From Vicugna vicugna (taxonomy: Eukaryota), in contig MU058059.1 in assembly GCA_013265495.1 (NCBI GenBank), positions 2,829,502 through 2,889,501 on the forward strand: a stretch of 60,000 bases of DNA, in the 5' to 3' direction. The position numbers and the translations under genes are program-made. Shown in pieces: positions 23,721 through 36,330 of this stretch. Below the pieces are notes generated by a model that worked only from the letters and a program-made list of their open reading frames with translations, did no database searches and had not been told where the DNA came from. Within the stretch, counting starts at the first letter, position 1; every line of letters begins with the position of its first letter.

Positions 23721-24204
23721 TGAGGTACGAGAGTTTCAGTTGTTGAAAACCTTCTGAAAAGCAAATGGCAGCAGGTAACCAAAGCCTCCCAGATACTTAA
23801 ACCATGTAACTCAGCAATTACTCTAATTACACTTTCTGGGACTCCGTCCAAAGGAAATAAATGAATATACTGCTTTTATGCATATATGGAAAATAATTTA
23901 AGTGACCCAAATGTCTAACATAAGTACAAAAAAGTTATTAATCTTTGGTACTTCAGTTGAGTATAGGCATTAAAATTGTGTTTTCAAGGCACTTTTAAGG
24001 CCTAAAACAATATTAAGTGAAGAAAAAGATGAATTCTAACAATGCATAGAAAAGAAGACCAGGAGAAAATACACTAAAATGTAAATAATGGTTCTCTCTG
24101 GGTGATGAGATTCTAGAGGACTTGTTTATTTATTCTTTTCACTTTATTTTTCCCACAATAGATGTATTATTCTTCTAATTAAAGAAAGGAAAAAACCAAG
24201 TGAA

Positions 24205-24294
24205 AGGCCTGGAGGCCTGGCGGTCTGTCTGGTGGCCTGGAGGCCTAGAGGTCTGCTGGCCTGCTGGTCTGGTGGCTTGGTGGCCTGGTGGCCT
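24205..24294. repeat. 8-bp minisatellite (GGCCTGGW)n, degenerate
   Basis: ggcctgga ggcctggc ggtctgtctggt ggcctgga ggcctaga ggtctgct ggcctgct ggtctggt ggcttggt ggcctggt. Confidence 0.9.
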
Positions 24295-24544
24295 GATTAG
24301 CTGGGTGCCAGGGCTGACGGGGCTGTGCTTGGTGAGACATGTAGCCAAGCATGCAGGTGACCCTCTTGGACCAGGTTTTAACCTGGCAGGGAGGCTCAGA
24401 CTGAGCAGTGTGCACGCTGGCGGAAGGCCATCTCGGCTGCCTTGGGGGTCAAGGCTGCAGACAGGCCAAGATACACTGGCCTGCAGCCACCCCTCAGGTT
24501 TACGGGAGTCCCCAGCTTAAACCCAGGGTTGTCAGTGCTATTGT

Positions 24545-24830
24545 GAAGCAGTTCTCAAGAGCAGACCAGTCACCAGGGCATCTTGTTAAAGTGCAGCCTC
24601 ACTCAGAGCATCTGGGGTAGAACTTGAGCGTCTGCACTTCTAGAAAGCTTCCAGGTGACAGAGATGCTGCCCCCCCCCGGACCCCTTCCGAGTGGCGCTG
24701 CTCAGACTCCAGCGCACATGCTGTGAGACACAGGCTGTGGGACACAGAGCGCTGGGCCACACCTCTCGGCCTGGGCCGGGCTCAGGAATCTGCATTTCTG
24801 ACAGGCCCCCCAGGTGCCGCTGCCTCTGTG
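24545..24830. mobile_element. MER5-like (hAT-Charlie) fragments
   Basis: 'cttgttaaagtgcag...gtctgcacttctagaaagcttccaggtga...gatgctgc' and 'caggaatctgcatttctgacaggcccccagg'. Confidence 0.7.
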
Positions 24831-27800
24831 GCCCACACCGCAGCCCTCACTCCTCTGGCACCGCCAGTTCCACCCGGGAGCCTGTCAGAACTGCGTGTGA
24901 GGGCTTGGGGTATGATGTAGAGACTCCCAGAGAGCTGCAGGACCAGCCAGGGTGCTGCCCCTCCCACCCTCACTCCCCAGGGGAGCAAGGCACCCTTCCC
25001 TCGGGACCAGCGGAGCCCCTTCCCTATCTCGCTACATGGTCACGCTGTGATGACCTGCCCACACAGACAGCTTCTGCCCTCAGCTGCTGACCATGTCCCT
25101 CGGGAGAACAACCTCTCAGTCCCATGGAGTTCTTACATCAGTTCCTTAAATCCGAATCCTTGCCTAGACCAATGGGGGCGACCCGTGGCAAACGTTTTCT
25201 GGGTAAGGGAATGGTACACAGTTGCAACAAGGAATTCTGGGAGCACCTAGAAATGCAGCCCATCAATTGCTTAAGATTCTTGGTGGCAGGACTTCAGGAC
25301 TGGGAGTGAGGGAGGGGGTCCTTGTGTTCTAGGTAACCTCGAAGGAGTGCTATGCTGAAGAATTGTGTCATTTCATTGGAGTGACTCCCTTTGAAAAATA
25401 TCCTGTCCCTTTATTTTTTTCATATACCCCAACTTTAGGGGGTAAGTCCCCTTTCACAAGAATGTAGACTAGTGGGAAAGAAAGAAAAAATACCCTGTTT
25501 CTAGGATACATTTATTTGCTAAGGTATTTTCCTTAGCCCTGGGCAGAATGAAATACACAGTCTAGTTGTTTCTGTTGCTTGAATTTAAATGCAGTGTATG
25601 CTGTCATCTTTCCTGCTAGTTGAAGACTTTGTTTTTACTGGTTTTTTTCATCTGACAGCGGGGTTGGGGGGAGGCTCTTCACCAGTGGCTATTTGAAGTT
25701 TAGTGATTGCTCAGAAAGGGGTTGGGGGAGAAAGAAAGAAACACATCCAGTGTTATTTTTGAGCAGTGAATATTTTTCACTCTGCTAAGAAATTACTGCA
25801 ATTTGACACATGAAATCTAAGGCACAGATAAGTGTGGTCTAGAAAAATTGTCTTTTGTGGGCTTGATGATAACCAAAAAAAAAGTAATCATGTCAGTGCT
25901 CCAGGCATTTCGCCATGGTTTGGTGGGAATTCAGTCTGTGCAGCAGAACTATACAGCACTTTCTCTGCATTGTTGTAACAGAAAAAATTAATGCTTACTG
26001 CTGGAAATGATGAGGGTTTGCCCATTGGACAAGGCAAATCAAGGCTGTCACCTCTGGAAAGAACATCACTTCTAATGACGTGAACTTTAAGGTGAACTGC
26101 ACATTCTGACATCCTTCAAGTTCTGCCTCGTTATGAAAGATATAGAATTACCCAATTCATGTTCTTTTTCCAGTGTTGCTTTTGGAAAGAACCCATTTGT
26201 CCCCTATGTTATGTTGAGCACGTTTGAATAACCATATATATTTTTTAAAATTCTCATTGACCAATAGAAATACTAAATACAAATCTCTGAATGTGACTTC
26301 AGCCTTTGAAAACTCTTCCATGCAAATTACTCATTTCAGGGTCACCACGTAAGCTGTCATTCTCCAAAGGTGATGAGATAGCGGGTTTTGATCCTCATCC
26401 ATGCACCTGAGCAGAAGTGCACGGTGGGGCCCGGGCTCTGGGGATGTCTCTGTGCCTCGTGGATGTGAAGGCACGGACACAGGGGCCTCTTTAGATTTTG
26501 AGACTTTCACGGCGGAGTGCATGAGCGTGTATGAGTGTGGTGGGGAGGGTGGCTTTTATCTAGCTTTGCCAGGTAGGGTCAGTTCTTGAGAAGTAAGTTC
26601 CCGATAGTGTCTGCAGAACCTGGCTTAGTGGGAACGGAAGCAGTCAGCAGGGAATTTCCAGTGACAGGTGCCTGCTCCTTGAACAGTGGTCCCAACTCCT
26701 CCCAATGGTCCTCAAGCCGACTTCTCACAAACTGCTCTTTTCTTGGCTGTATCATCATCTCCATTCCCCTTTTGGAGATAATGTCTGAGCAAGTCTCAAG
26801 CCTTTGGACTCCCTCTGGAACAAACTTACAGGTGTCCCCATCAAGCGGAGAAACTGACCTGAGGACGCTGCAGGTCACTGTGGGCAAAATCCCGGGCAGG
26901 GACCACACGTACCGCTGATCTTGCCTGATGGAGTTGTTGGGTGTGTTTTGTGAGACAGAAGAAGAAAGATAGTCCATTCATCTTTTGTAACTTAAGAAAA
27001 ATATGAAAAATAAATAAAGCAAAGAGTTTTCATGAATTTCGTATCTCTGTTACAATAAGAAAAGGACAGTCGGGAGGGAGAAATCAAGAGAGAAAAGGAG
27101 CAAACGGGAGGCAGAGACGCAGAGGCAAAACTGAGAAATGGAGATGTCAGGATTTCCTGGTTAAAAACAAAAAAAAAACCCAGAAACTAGTTTCATTCAG
27201 GCTGAAAGTTTAGAGTCTTCTCTTTCCATCACTGAAACCGACAAAAGGATTCTCACCAGGCGTCAGGCCCCACGTATCACCTGTCTCCTGGTCAGACCTT
27301 TCCTACCTTTGTGCAGAATAACTTAACGTAACAGTTGCAGCTTCAGTAAGCTCTCTCAGACCCCAGTAATCCAGCAAGGATCTGTGCCAGCGGCAAACTG
27401 GTTGGTGCCAGAACACAGAAGCTGCTACACTTTGAACAAATCATGAAGAGGATGTCTTTACTGACCACGTGTTGATAAACAGTGCTTGGACGTTGACACG
27501 GCATTGCTAAAGAGATGTAAATAGAACCGTCTGGGTAAAGGGAAGATTGGGGTCTGTTTAGCTGTATGGTTCTGGGGTGCCAGGAAGGCCAGAGGCTCCC
27601 TGAGCACCCCCCCAGTCCTGCCTGTCCAACAGCCCACAGCGGCCAGCCAGTCTGCACTGCCACATTCAGCATAGAGCCCTAGCTCTCTCTCTTCCATGAC
27701 TCCCTCCCCTGTGAGGTCCAGAATGTCCTCACTGGGAGATGCATTCCTTTAGCTTAAAACTTGGACTCTTTTTCACGTAAAAGTGATACAATGTTATATG

Positions 27801-29959
27801 TTAACTATACCTCCATTTAAAAAATGAATAAAAGCTTATATTTATTGAGTGCTGCCCAAAAAGACTTCTTTAAAACTGCAGCCAACTGGGGCCAGAGTCC
27901 CATTGTCCTCCATGGACAGAAAGCTCTGAGCTGGGAGCACAGGGTTCGTGAAGGAGCTGGGAGCGCGGAGGTATCCTGGGGCACCCAGGGAGCAGGTAGA
28001 CACACACAGTTCCCCTGCTTTCCCGTCTCTGTCATGACTCCACCCCTTGGCCCAGCTTTCCCAGGGAGCAGGGACAGAGGGACAGTGTTTCTGAGCAGGA
28101 CCACAAGCAGTGAAAACTGGCTGGCCTCCTCGGTCAGCCCCTGGGGCTCTGTCCCAGACCTTAGGACGTACCCCTTGTCAGAGAACAAGGAACCTGCAGA
28201 GATCCAAAGGGCTGATCAGTGCAGTGGCTCTGAGGCTGGGGCATGACGGGTGGAGAGGGTAAGAGGGGGCAGTGAGCGGCCTCCGGAGCCCTGAGGACGA
28301 CCTGGGAGGAGGAATAGCAGGGGAGGTGGCCCTGGAGGCTTCCAGGAGTGACCAGAGCAGCGGGGCTGGGATGGAGGGTGTAGAGGGACACGTGCGCTTC
28401 TGCTGCTCCTCCTGCCTGCTGGCTGCTCCAGCATGTCACCCTCTTGGAGTCCCTACCCCACAATCTGTAAAATGGGGATCATGATCTAGCCACTTAGCCA
28501 GCTCACCCAGCTGCCGATGGTCACGCAGAGCTTGAAAATCGCTCAGGGCAGTGTTTGAAAAGTCCAAAGCAGGATGCGTCTCCATTGGCAGCAGCTCGAG
28601 GAGGAGAGCCAGCTTTGAAGCCGAAGTGAGATGCTTCCTGTTGGACAGGGGGATGTTCAGGTCACAGTGCGGAAGATAAGAGGGTTGGAGTGGACAGCAG
28701 TGGGCAGCGTCGGGCAGACGGCAGAGCCAGGGTCCCGGCGACGAGCGTCTGTTTCTCCGCCTGCATTTCCTGATTCACATTCTAATGCCCTTGTGTTCAC
28801 GGTGGCCCACAGGGTCAGAGTAATCAAAGAGGAAAGCATGTCTCTTTCGATTGCAGTTACAGCCATTATTTTTGCTATTGAAATTAATCACTCACAATTG
28901 ACAGCCTTCACTATTTTTATATCATTTTGGGGAACCCAGACAACAAATCTCCAGGCCTTCCCAGGGTAGGCAGCCACTGGCTGGGAGGCAGGAATGTTCT
29001 CACAGCAGAGTGGAAGAAGTTAGGGAGGTTGTGTGGTTATTAAATTTTTTAAATGTAATTTCTATGTAAAGCAGCATGTGATTGATGTTCTCATATTTGC
29101 TTGGCCAAGAGCTTAGGCACTTTGCAATAGACCTGTATCCCAGGCGTCAGTCACCCACATCAGCACCACGTGGGGCCACACCAGTGGTCCTGCTAATGCA
29201 GCAGGACCATCTGCTTATCGGGGGTGTGGGAACTGTGGGGCCGAAGGAGCATGGCTTTGGGCATCAGAATGACATGCATTCCAGTCCTCGGTCAGCCGCT
29301 GTCTGGGCTGCATGGAAGAGGGGACATTTGTGTCCGCTTTGTGGCGGGAGTCCAAGGGGTAGAGAGGTGGGCAGTCAACTCGGCCCCATTAGCCAGGGGC
29401 TTTCCCAGTGGTAGCGGTGACAGTCCCTTGTCCAGGCGGCAGTCTCAGGCCAGGGAAAGCAGGGACAGCTGGTCACCAAAGCAGGGAGGGGATTCCAGGG
29501 GAGCGGTGGAGGGATGTGCAGCCTGTGTTCATCTGGAGCCTTCCTGCAAGGAAGTCGGCCGTGGGAGGTGGTGCTGGAGGTGGCAGGCAGATAGGGACGG
29601 CCGGCACTCTGGTCAGGGGACAGTGGTGACTGCAGAAAAGGGAGGGCAGGGCAGTACAGGTGCTGGCATCTTCCTAGCCAGGTATGGAGGGCACACAGAG
29701 AGGCTGGTCCAGGTGAGCACCTTAAAGGTGGGTTTGGCTCCCCAGCTTCCTTTCAGGTAACAAAATTAGTGAGCCACTGAAAATCAGATGAATAGTCAGA
29801 TCAGTAACAAACTTCGAAGCAGTGTCTCCCTGTCCACCCACCCACAGACGCCCAGACACCACGGGCATTTCAGCCTTCGTCTTAGACCCAGTTGGTTAAC
29901 TTTACAGATAAAACGATTTCTTGGCTCTCAAAGCCTGTTTGACTTTAAAGCCCCTGCTA

Positions 29960-30650
29960 GGATCAGAGCGGAGCGAAATGCATCTCCTGCTTCTTCCCGG
30001 CACGCGTTCTATTTTGCTGTGAAGCCGAGAGAAGAGCTTCCTGGAGGTTGTTGAAGCGCGAACGCTGACACCTGGAAGGACCCGTCCGCTTCCCCCGCCG
30101 AGCAGCACAGCAAGAACCCAAACCTCTGGGCTGGATAAACCCCTCTTCCCATCCTGGCATCGGCCCTGCTGTAAAACTCTGCGGTTCACAGAGCAGCATT
30201 GTCCCTAGTCTCCGAAATCACACTTGCAGGCAGTTCTGCCCTGATTGCCGTAGCCTAAATGAGATGACCGCGCTCTTCGCAGGACAGGGAGAAGCTAATG
30301 AGATGGAGCGGCTTCTTGGAGGCAGGCCTACTGGCCCACTGCCTAACGCGCCGAGCGGGGCCTCCGGGAGCCGCCTCCCGGGCTGCCGACGAGCCTCGTC
30401 ACGCGGGAGCTGCGGATGTGCTGTGGACAGCGGTGGGATGGCAGCGGGCTGTGACATAGAGCAGCGGGGGGCGGCCGACCGGTCCCTCCCAGCGCAGAGC
30501 AGTCAGCACCCCGCCGGAGTAGCCCCTTCTCGGTAACAGGGCAGTTAATCTGTTGGTGGATGGGGGTGGTGACAGTCACCTGCCGGGGCGGCAGTGGGCA
30601 CCAGAAGCAAAACCTCGGGCCCGGAAGCCGGTGTCAGGGAGCGGTTATGA
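29960..30650. promoter_or_regulatory. CpG-rich island-like element
   Basis: Local CpG enrichment in apparently unique sequence. Weak minus-strand donor CAG|GTGACT near 30574-30582. Confidence 0.55.
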
Positions 30651-32027
30651 CTTATTCTCAGGAACGATGCACCTCCCAGCCGCTGGTCACGTTGTCATTA
30701 ACATGATTAAGGGGAGTCCAGGTGGTGGGAGTCCATCACCGACCTTGGGGAGGGAGTCAAACCGACTGGAATGGAGACACTGATGGTTTGTTTCTCTGGA
30801 AGATCCAAACACCAACAGAAGGGAAGATGAGACAGCAAGAGCTTAGACAGCCCCAGGGTTCTCCCGAAAGCATCAGAAGCTTCCAGAAGCAGGTGGCCAC
30901 CTGGCCGTCCCATACACCCAGCCTGCTTCCCTGACAGAGGGGACAGGAGACCCAGCTTGGCAGCGGGTCACAACCATGATAAACTTGAAATTGCTGTGTT
31001 TTCCTTCATCCTGGATTTCACATGACCTCTTATCCAGTCTGGTTCTCTGCTGGAGTCGGGGTGGGCTGACGTCATTACATTAAACAAACATGAGAAAGGA
31101 GGTGCTCTGCTCTGAATCCTGCCTAAGGAAGAGCCCCCAAACCACTTTCTCCTTCCTATTTGCCGGATTCCCACAAGACTCAACATGGGACTCAGTGTGG
31201 CAAACCAAACACCTGTCCTTCTCGCCTTCTGGTGGTGCCCAGGAATGTTGATGGAATGAATGAGCAGATAGATGAATAGTGATCAGTAGTGAGTGCCTGT
31301 CTGGACTGACCCACAAACCTAGACAGTAAACTCATCGTTGACCAATTTTAATGATGGCCAAGCCCCACGTGTGCCAGTGTCCCCCGTGGGACACACCTCA
31401 TGGAAGCCAAGTCCCAGGTGGGGCGGTCGGCTCCAGTCAACCACAGCAGCTGACCTGGGCTGTCATTCCAGCTTCCCACCGAACCCCCCTGCGCCTCCTC
31501 TTCCTTGCGTCCATGTTGCAGTGCTTACACCCTTCTGTGCTCACTCCCACTTGCCATCTTCCTTTCCTCATCCCCAAGGATGGCACCAGTGACCTCAGAA
31601 GGCTGAAGTAAGCATCATGTCCTCCCGATGAACCCACAAAGGCTAAGAAGTCAGAAACAGCGTGTTACTCTTCCATTGAGGGTTGGTGATTGACAAGAGG
31701 ACCGACAGAGTTTAAGCCTGGGCCTCATCTCAGAATCCCTCGGGGTGGTCGCTGGCCGTGGTGAGCCATCTGGCTTCTTAAGTCCTGTCTCTAGGTGCGA
31801 TGAGACAAGCCATCCTCGTGGGATGCTGTGGTCTGGCGTCATGCGCAAGGTGGTAGGACTTGGTTGTGTCTCAAGGTAGTTGTCCTGTCCAGCAAAGGGG
31901 CGTGAGTCCAGGGCAGCAGTAATTTCCATCCCACCCACCTCGACTCTCAGTCAGGGTATCTCAAAAGATAGTCTAGCAAATCTAATAGAAAAAATTTTTT
32001 GACTTTGTTTTTGTTGGACTGAGAGTG

Positions 32028-32723
32028 GTTTTTTTCCTGTTTTTTTAAACTGATGTATGGTTGATTTACAATGTTGTGTTAGTTTCTGGTGTACAGCTTA
32101 GTGATTCAGTTATACATATATATATTCCTTGTCATACTCTTTTTCATTAGAGGCCGTTACAAGCTTTTGAATCTAGTTCTCTATGCGCTACAGGAGGACC
32201 TTGTTTAACTATTTTGTATATAGTAGTTTGTATCTGCTAATCCCGAGCTCCTAATTTATCCCTCCTCCCTTTTCCCCTTTGGTAAACGTAAGTTTATTTT
32301 CTATGTCTGTGAATCTATTTCTGGTTTATATATAAGTTCGTGTCATTTTCTTTAGATTCCACGTATAAGTGATATCAGGTGATTTGTCTTTATCTGACTT
32401 ACTTCACTTAGTGTGATAATCTCTAGGTCCATCCATGTTGCTGCAGATGGCTTTATTTCATTCTTTTTATGTCTGAGTAGTATTTCACTGTATAAATATA
32501 CCACAGCTTCTTTAACCAGTCACCTGTCGATGGACATTTAGGACGTGTCTTGGCTGTTGTAAACAGAGTTGCTGTGAACACTGGGGTGCACATACCCTTT
32601 TAAATTAGAGTTTTCTCTGAATATATGCCCAGGAGCAGGATTGCTGGATCGTATGGTAACTCTATTTGTAGTTTTCTAAGAACTCTCAGTACTGTTCTCC
32701 TCAGTGGGTGCGCTGAATTACAC
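32028..32723 (-). mobile_element. young 5'-truncated L1 3' end with TSD
   Basis: 'ttgatttacaatgttgtgttagtttctggtgtacagc...ctctaggtccatccatgttgctgca'. TSD ggactgagagtg (32016-32027) / ggactgggagtg (32724-32735). Confidence 0.93.
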
Positions 32724-33247
32724 GGACTGGGAGTGTTTCTAACCTGAGAAAATAATTCACAAAGTGATCATTGTATGAAATGAAATAACTGCCACAGACC
32801 TTTGCTCTGTTTTATAACAGAGCCGTATGTCATGACGTTTGTCATTTGCCTCAATGTTTGACTCAGTTTCCACTCATTTTTATCATGGTTCATTATATTT
32901 TAGGGTTCTCCTGGCATCTTTGATAACCAGTGGGAAAAGGGCTTAAACTGTTTCAAAACCTCAGTGAGATGCGTGTTTGAGGCTGTATGTCTGGCTTGTG
33001 GCAGGATCCCTACGATGCTCCGTCCTTACCTAACACCTTCCAAAAGGAGGCTGAGAAAAGTCTTTGCAACCATAGCTCAGTTCTTGTGGCGTCTCTATAA
33101 AAGCAGCCCTATAAGCCCTGCTTTGTAAATGAGGAACTAGGAGCCGAAGGAGGTAAATAACAAACCATGTCCTTTTACAGACTCGTGTCCAAACTTCTGA
33201 CGTCAAAAACCCCAGGGTGCAGGCCATGCCGTTTACACATGCACACG

Positions 33248-33327
33248 TGTGTGCACACAGGTGCGCACAGGCATGCACATGCGTGCCTGTGTGCACACAG
33301 GTGCGCACAGGCATGCACATGCGTGCC
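33248..33327. repeat. 2 x 40-bp perfect tandem repeat, purine/pyrimidine alternating
   Basis: tgtgtgcacacaggtgcgcacaggcatgcacatgcgtgcc twice. Confidence 0.95.
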
Positions 33328-34115
33328 CCAGGACAGCCTGGGGGAAGGAAATGGGAGTTATTCTTGGTTAAACCAAGATATGTTATCCACCCGTTTCCCC
33401 AGAGTTCACCTTACACTGCCCTCTCACTGCCCCTTCCTTTCCCTCCCCTTCCCCCTACTGGCTCCATGGAGCCAAGTCGCCCCTCCTCTGCACAGCCTGA
33501 TAAACAGAGCCCAGATTACACCCCATCAGTAACAGTGCCTACTGAGTGCCGCCACCAGTCAAGCGCCTGGCGAGCTCTAACTCATTGAAAACCATCAGCC
33601 CATTTTATGGATACAGACCTGAAGACCGAGGTCGCCCCATTGTTGAGTTGCAGAGCCTGGTCATTTGTGAGACTAAACAGTGGAGCACCTGCCTGGTCCT
33701 CTGCTCTGCTCTGGGCACCGGGATGCAGAGGCGTGAGGAGCTCCGGGGACCCAGGGCCTCTGTGGGCTGGGAGGCAGGAGACGCTGGCCAGCATTGGGGG
33801 CACCCACCCCAGCCAGGATGGGCCCGGGGGTCCTTCACGAGGACACACTGGCTGACCGAGCCCTCAGGCTGTGTGGGAGCACCTGGCCTCTGGGTGAACC
33901 GCAGCAGGCTGTCCCCGGCACATGGGCTTCAGTGGAGGCGACAAGGGTAGAGGCCGCACAGCCGGTCAGATGGGGCCGCGAGGTGCCTCGGGCCCTCCCA
34001 CACTTCCTCTCTTGCTAAGGCTGATGGGCGGCTGGTCAGTTTTCGGCTGGGTCGCAGTGCCTCTGGGACACACAGTCGTGGTGGTCAACAGCAGCTAGTG
34101 GTCCTGGTGCCCGGG

Positions 34116-34148
34116 AGTGCCCTCTGGTGGTGAGAGATTGGGCTGCAC
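34116..34148 (-). promoter_or_regulatory. CTCF motif with upstream module
   Basis: Minus strand TGCAGCCCA-ATCTC-TCACCACCAGAGGGCACT: core CCACCAGAGGGCAC plus TGCAG at the known upstream spacing. Confidence 0.65.
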
Positions 34149-35347
34149 TTGGGGGAGAGTGGGAGGAGGAGGGGACAGATGCCCCACTAGGGGCGCCGGC
34201 ACCCAAGGGGCAACACTAGGAAAAAGAGGCTTCCCAAGGGCAAGCAGGTCTCAAAAGGAAAACCCGAAAAGGAAGTGATGGAGTTGACGGTTTCAAGCAA
34301 GTGCCTTTGGCCAACAGTGTCAAGTGCTGTAGGCTCAGTGAGTAAGAAGAGGACCGAAAAATGAGCACCGGGTTTTGCCACAAGGAGACCAGTGGTGGCC
34401 TTCAGCTGGAGGGTTGGAGCTGCAGGCAGGAGGCGGGAGGTGAGGAACCGGCGAGAACAAGTGCAGACAGACCGTGTACCAGCCTGGAGGGGCGACCTGG
34501 TACACAGGTGGGCTTGGGGTTTGCTAAGAGAGGAAAGATGTATGTACGTATATATAACACATTGTGTATGTGTGTGTGTATACACACGAGGTGTTACATA
34601 TAAAGTAACTTCTATAAATACATAAATATACTTACATTTATACAAATTTTAATTTTTTTATATTTTTATAAATGTATATAAATCCCATAAGGAAAGAGCC
34701 TACAGAGACAGGGATGACTGCTCACACGTTGTCCCTGAGGAAGTGTGAGCGTGCAGGGCCCAGGCACGGATGGAAAAGTTAACCTTGGAAAGTTCTGGGA
34801 AATGTGGCTTCTGATGGGGTTGGGGAAGCTGGTTAATCCCACCCCATGTTCCTTCCTTCCCTACTGGTAACCAGCTGGGAAGAAGGAACCAGATACTCAG
34901 CCCCTGACTCATTCTGCTGAGAGTATTCGCTCCGACTCCAGCACTGAAAGAGGCCTCACAGCTTCCAGTGCGGAGAAGGCAGCTTCCCGCGTGTGGCCAA
35001 GTCTGGCTTCCCAGGGACGGCCACTCCATGAGGCGAGAGAGAAGCAGGCCCTGTGCCCGTTCCTTCCCCCTAACTCTCTCGCTGCGGGAGGGGGTGAGGA
35101 GGTGCAGAGAGAACAGAGACGCTCCTCCCAGTGTCTGAATTTGTCCAGAAGGATAAGATTTCATTTAATAGATCTGGGCAGGAGGAGATAAAATGGGAGA
35201 TAATAAAAATGTGGAAGCAACTGTTTATGCCGTTGGTGATGGGACCGCCTTCTGCGAATGGGCCACAACCACCATAACCCGACTGTGGCGGGACTGTCGG
35301 TGAGCTCCTCCGACTCCTGGCACCGCGCCATCGTCTCTAATCCTTAG

Positions 35348-35365
35348 ACCGCCCTCTGCTGGGCA
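35348..35365 (-). promoter_or_regulatory. CTCF core motif within a GC-shifted MIR-like element
   Basis: Minus strand TGCCCAGCAGAGGGCGG. Confidence 0.5.
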
Positions 35366-35699
35366 GCGATCACTGCCCGTGACAGAAAGTACCACTGAGG
35401 CTCAGAGGATCGGGGGGGCCTTGAGCAGAGGACTTGAGGAGCCTGGAGAAAGAAGTTCTGTTACAGGAACTGGGAGAGAGCCAACGAGGGACCCATCACA
35501 GGACAGCCGAGCAGAGCTGAGCACCCAGCGGAGACTGGAAACTGCGCTGGTGATGGTCCAAATCCGCGGTTTGCTGTGTGGGCAGCAGCCCTCGCTTAGA
35601 AGTGGAAACAGCAGAAAGTCAGACTGATCTAGGACTGTGATTTTGCTCAGCATGGCAGGGGCTGATGAAACAGACGTGGGTCGAGAGAGCAGGAAACCT

Positions 35700-36036
35700 C
35701 CATCCCGCCTCCACTTCAGAACCGCCTGGGGAGCTTTCAAAGCTTAGGAATGCCCGTCTCCAGAGATCCTGGTTTAATTAGCCTAGGATGGAGCCCTGGC
35801 CGTAGCTGGCTTCTAAAGCTCCCCAGGTGACTCCAAGATGCAGTCAGCGCTGGGGACCCTCAGAGCCACGCTTCTCCAGTGCAGTCCACGTCAGCACATC
35901 GGCATCACCTACCTGTTTCTCAGAAATGCAGAGTCACGGGCTCCATCCCAGACGTTTGGGGTGGGGCCCCGCCAGTTGTGTGTTAGCACAGCCTCTGCAA
36001 GACTCTGCTGTGCCCTGAAGCTTGAGAGCCATTGGC
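35700..36036. mobile_element. MER5A-like fragments
   Basis: 'aaagctccccaggtgactccaagatgcagtcag' and 'cagcacatcggcatcacct...agaaatgcaga...cttgagagccattg'. Confidence 0.75.
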
Positions 36037-36219
36037 TTAATGGATCTGAGCAGAACAGTGGAGTTTAGGATCTCATGCGCTGGGGTCACCCGGGTATTAG
36101 GTCCAGGATGACGCGACGTGGAGTGGAGCCTCAGGGCACCAGGGGTGTAGGGAGGAGAGAAAGAAGACTGCTGTGAGCAGAGGGCTTTGAATGAGGAGGT
36201 GATTCCTCAGAAACAGCTT

Positions 36220-36330
36220 GGGGGGGGGCATACAGCTCAGTGGCAGAGTGCACGCCGAGCATGCATGAGGTCCTAGTTTCAATCCCCAGCACCTCCATTT
36301 AAAAAAAAAAAAGACTTCTTAAAAAAAACA
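36220..36330 (+). mobile_element. tRNA-derived SINE (vic-1-like)
   Basis: A-box 'cagctcagtggcagag', B-box 'gtttcaatcccc', then cctccatt and an A-tail. Confidence 0.9.

Noticed and set aside
24205..24294. Short periodic repeat as a CRISPR-like array
   Set aside because: No unique spacers and a eukaryotic context. It is a simple 8-bp minisatellite.
26579..26977. 132-aa ATG-initiated minus ORF preceded by a pyrimidine-rich tract
   Set aside because: No similarity to any protein I recognise. It cannot be supported without a search or expression data.
30415..30525. REST/RE1-like half sites (GGACAGCG and TCAGCACC)
   Set aside because: The halves are far apart and in the wrong order for a canonical RE1.
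34181..34200. CCACTAGGGGCGCC as a CTCF site
   Set aside because: One G short of the core spacing (CCACTAGGGGGCGC).
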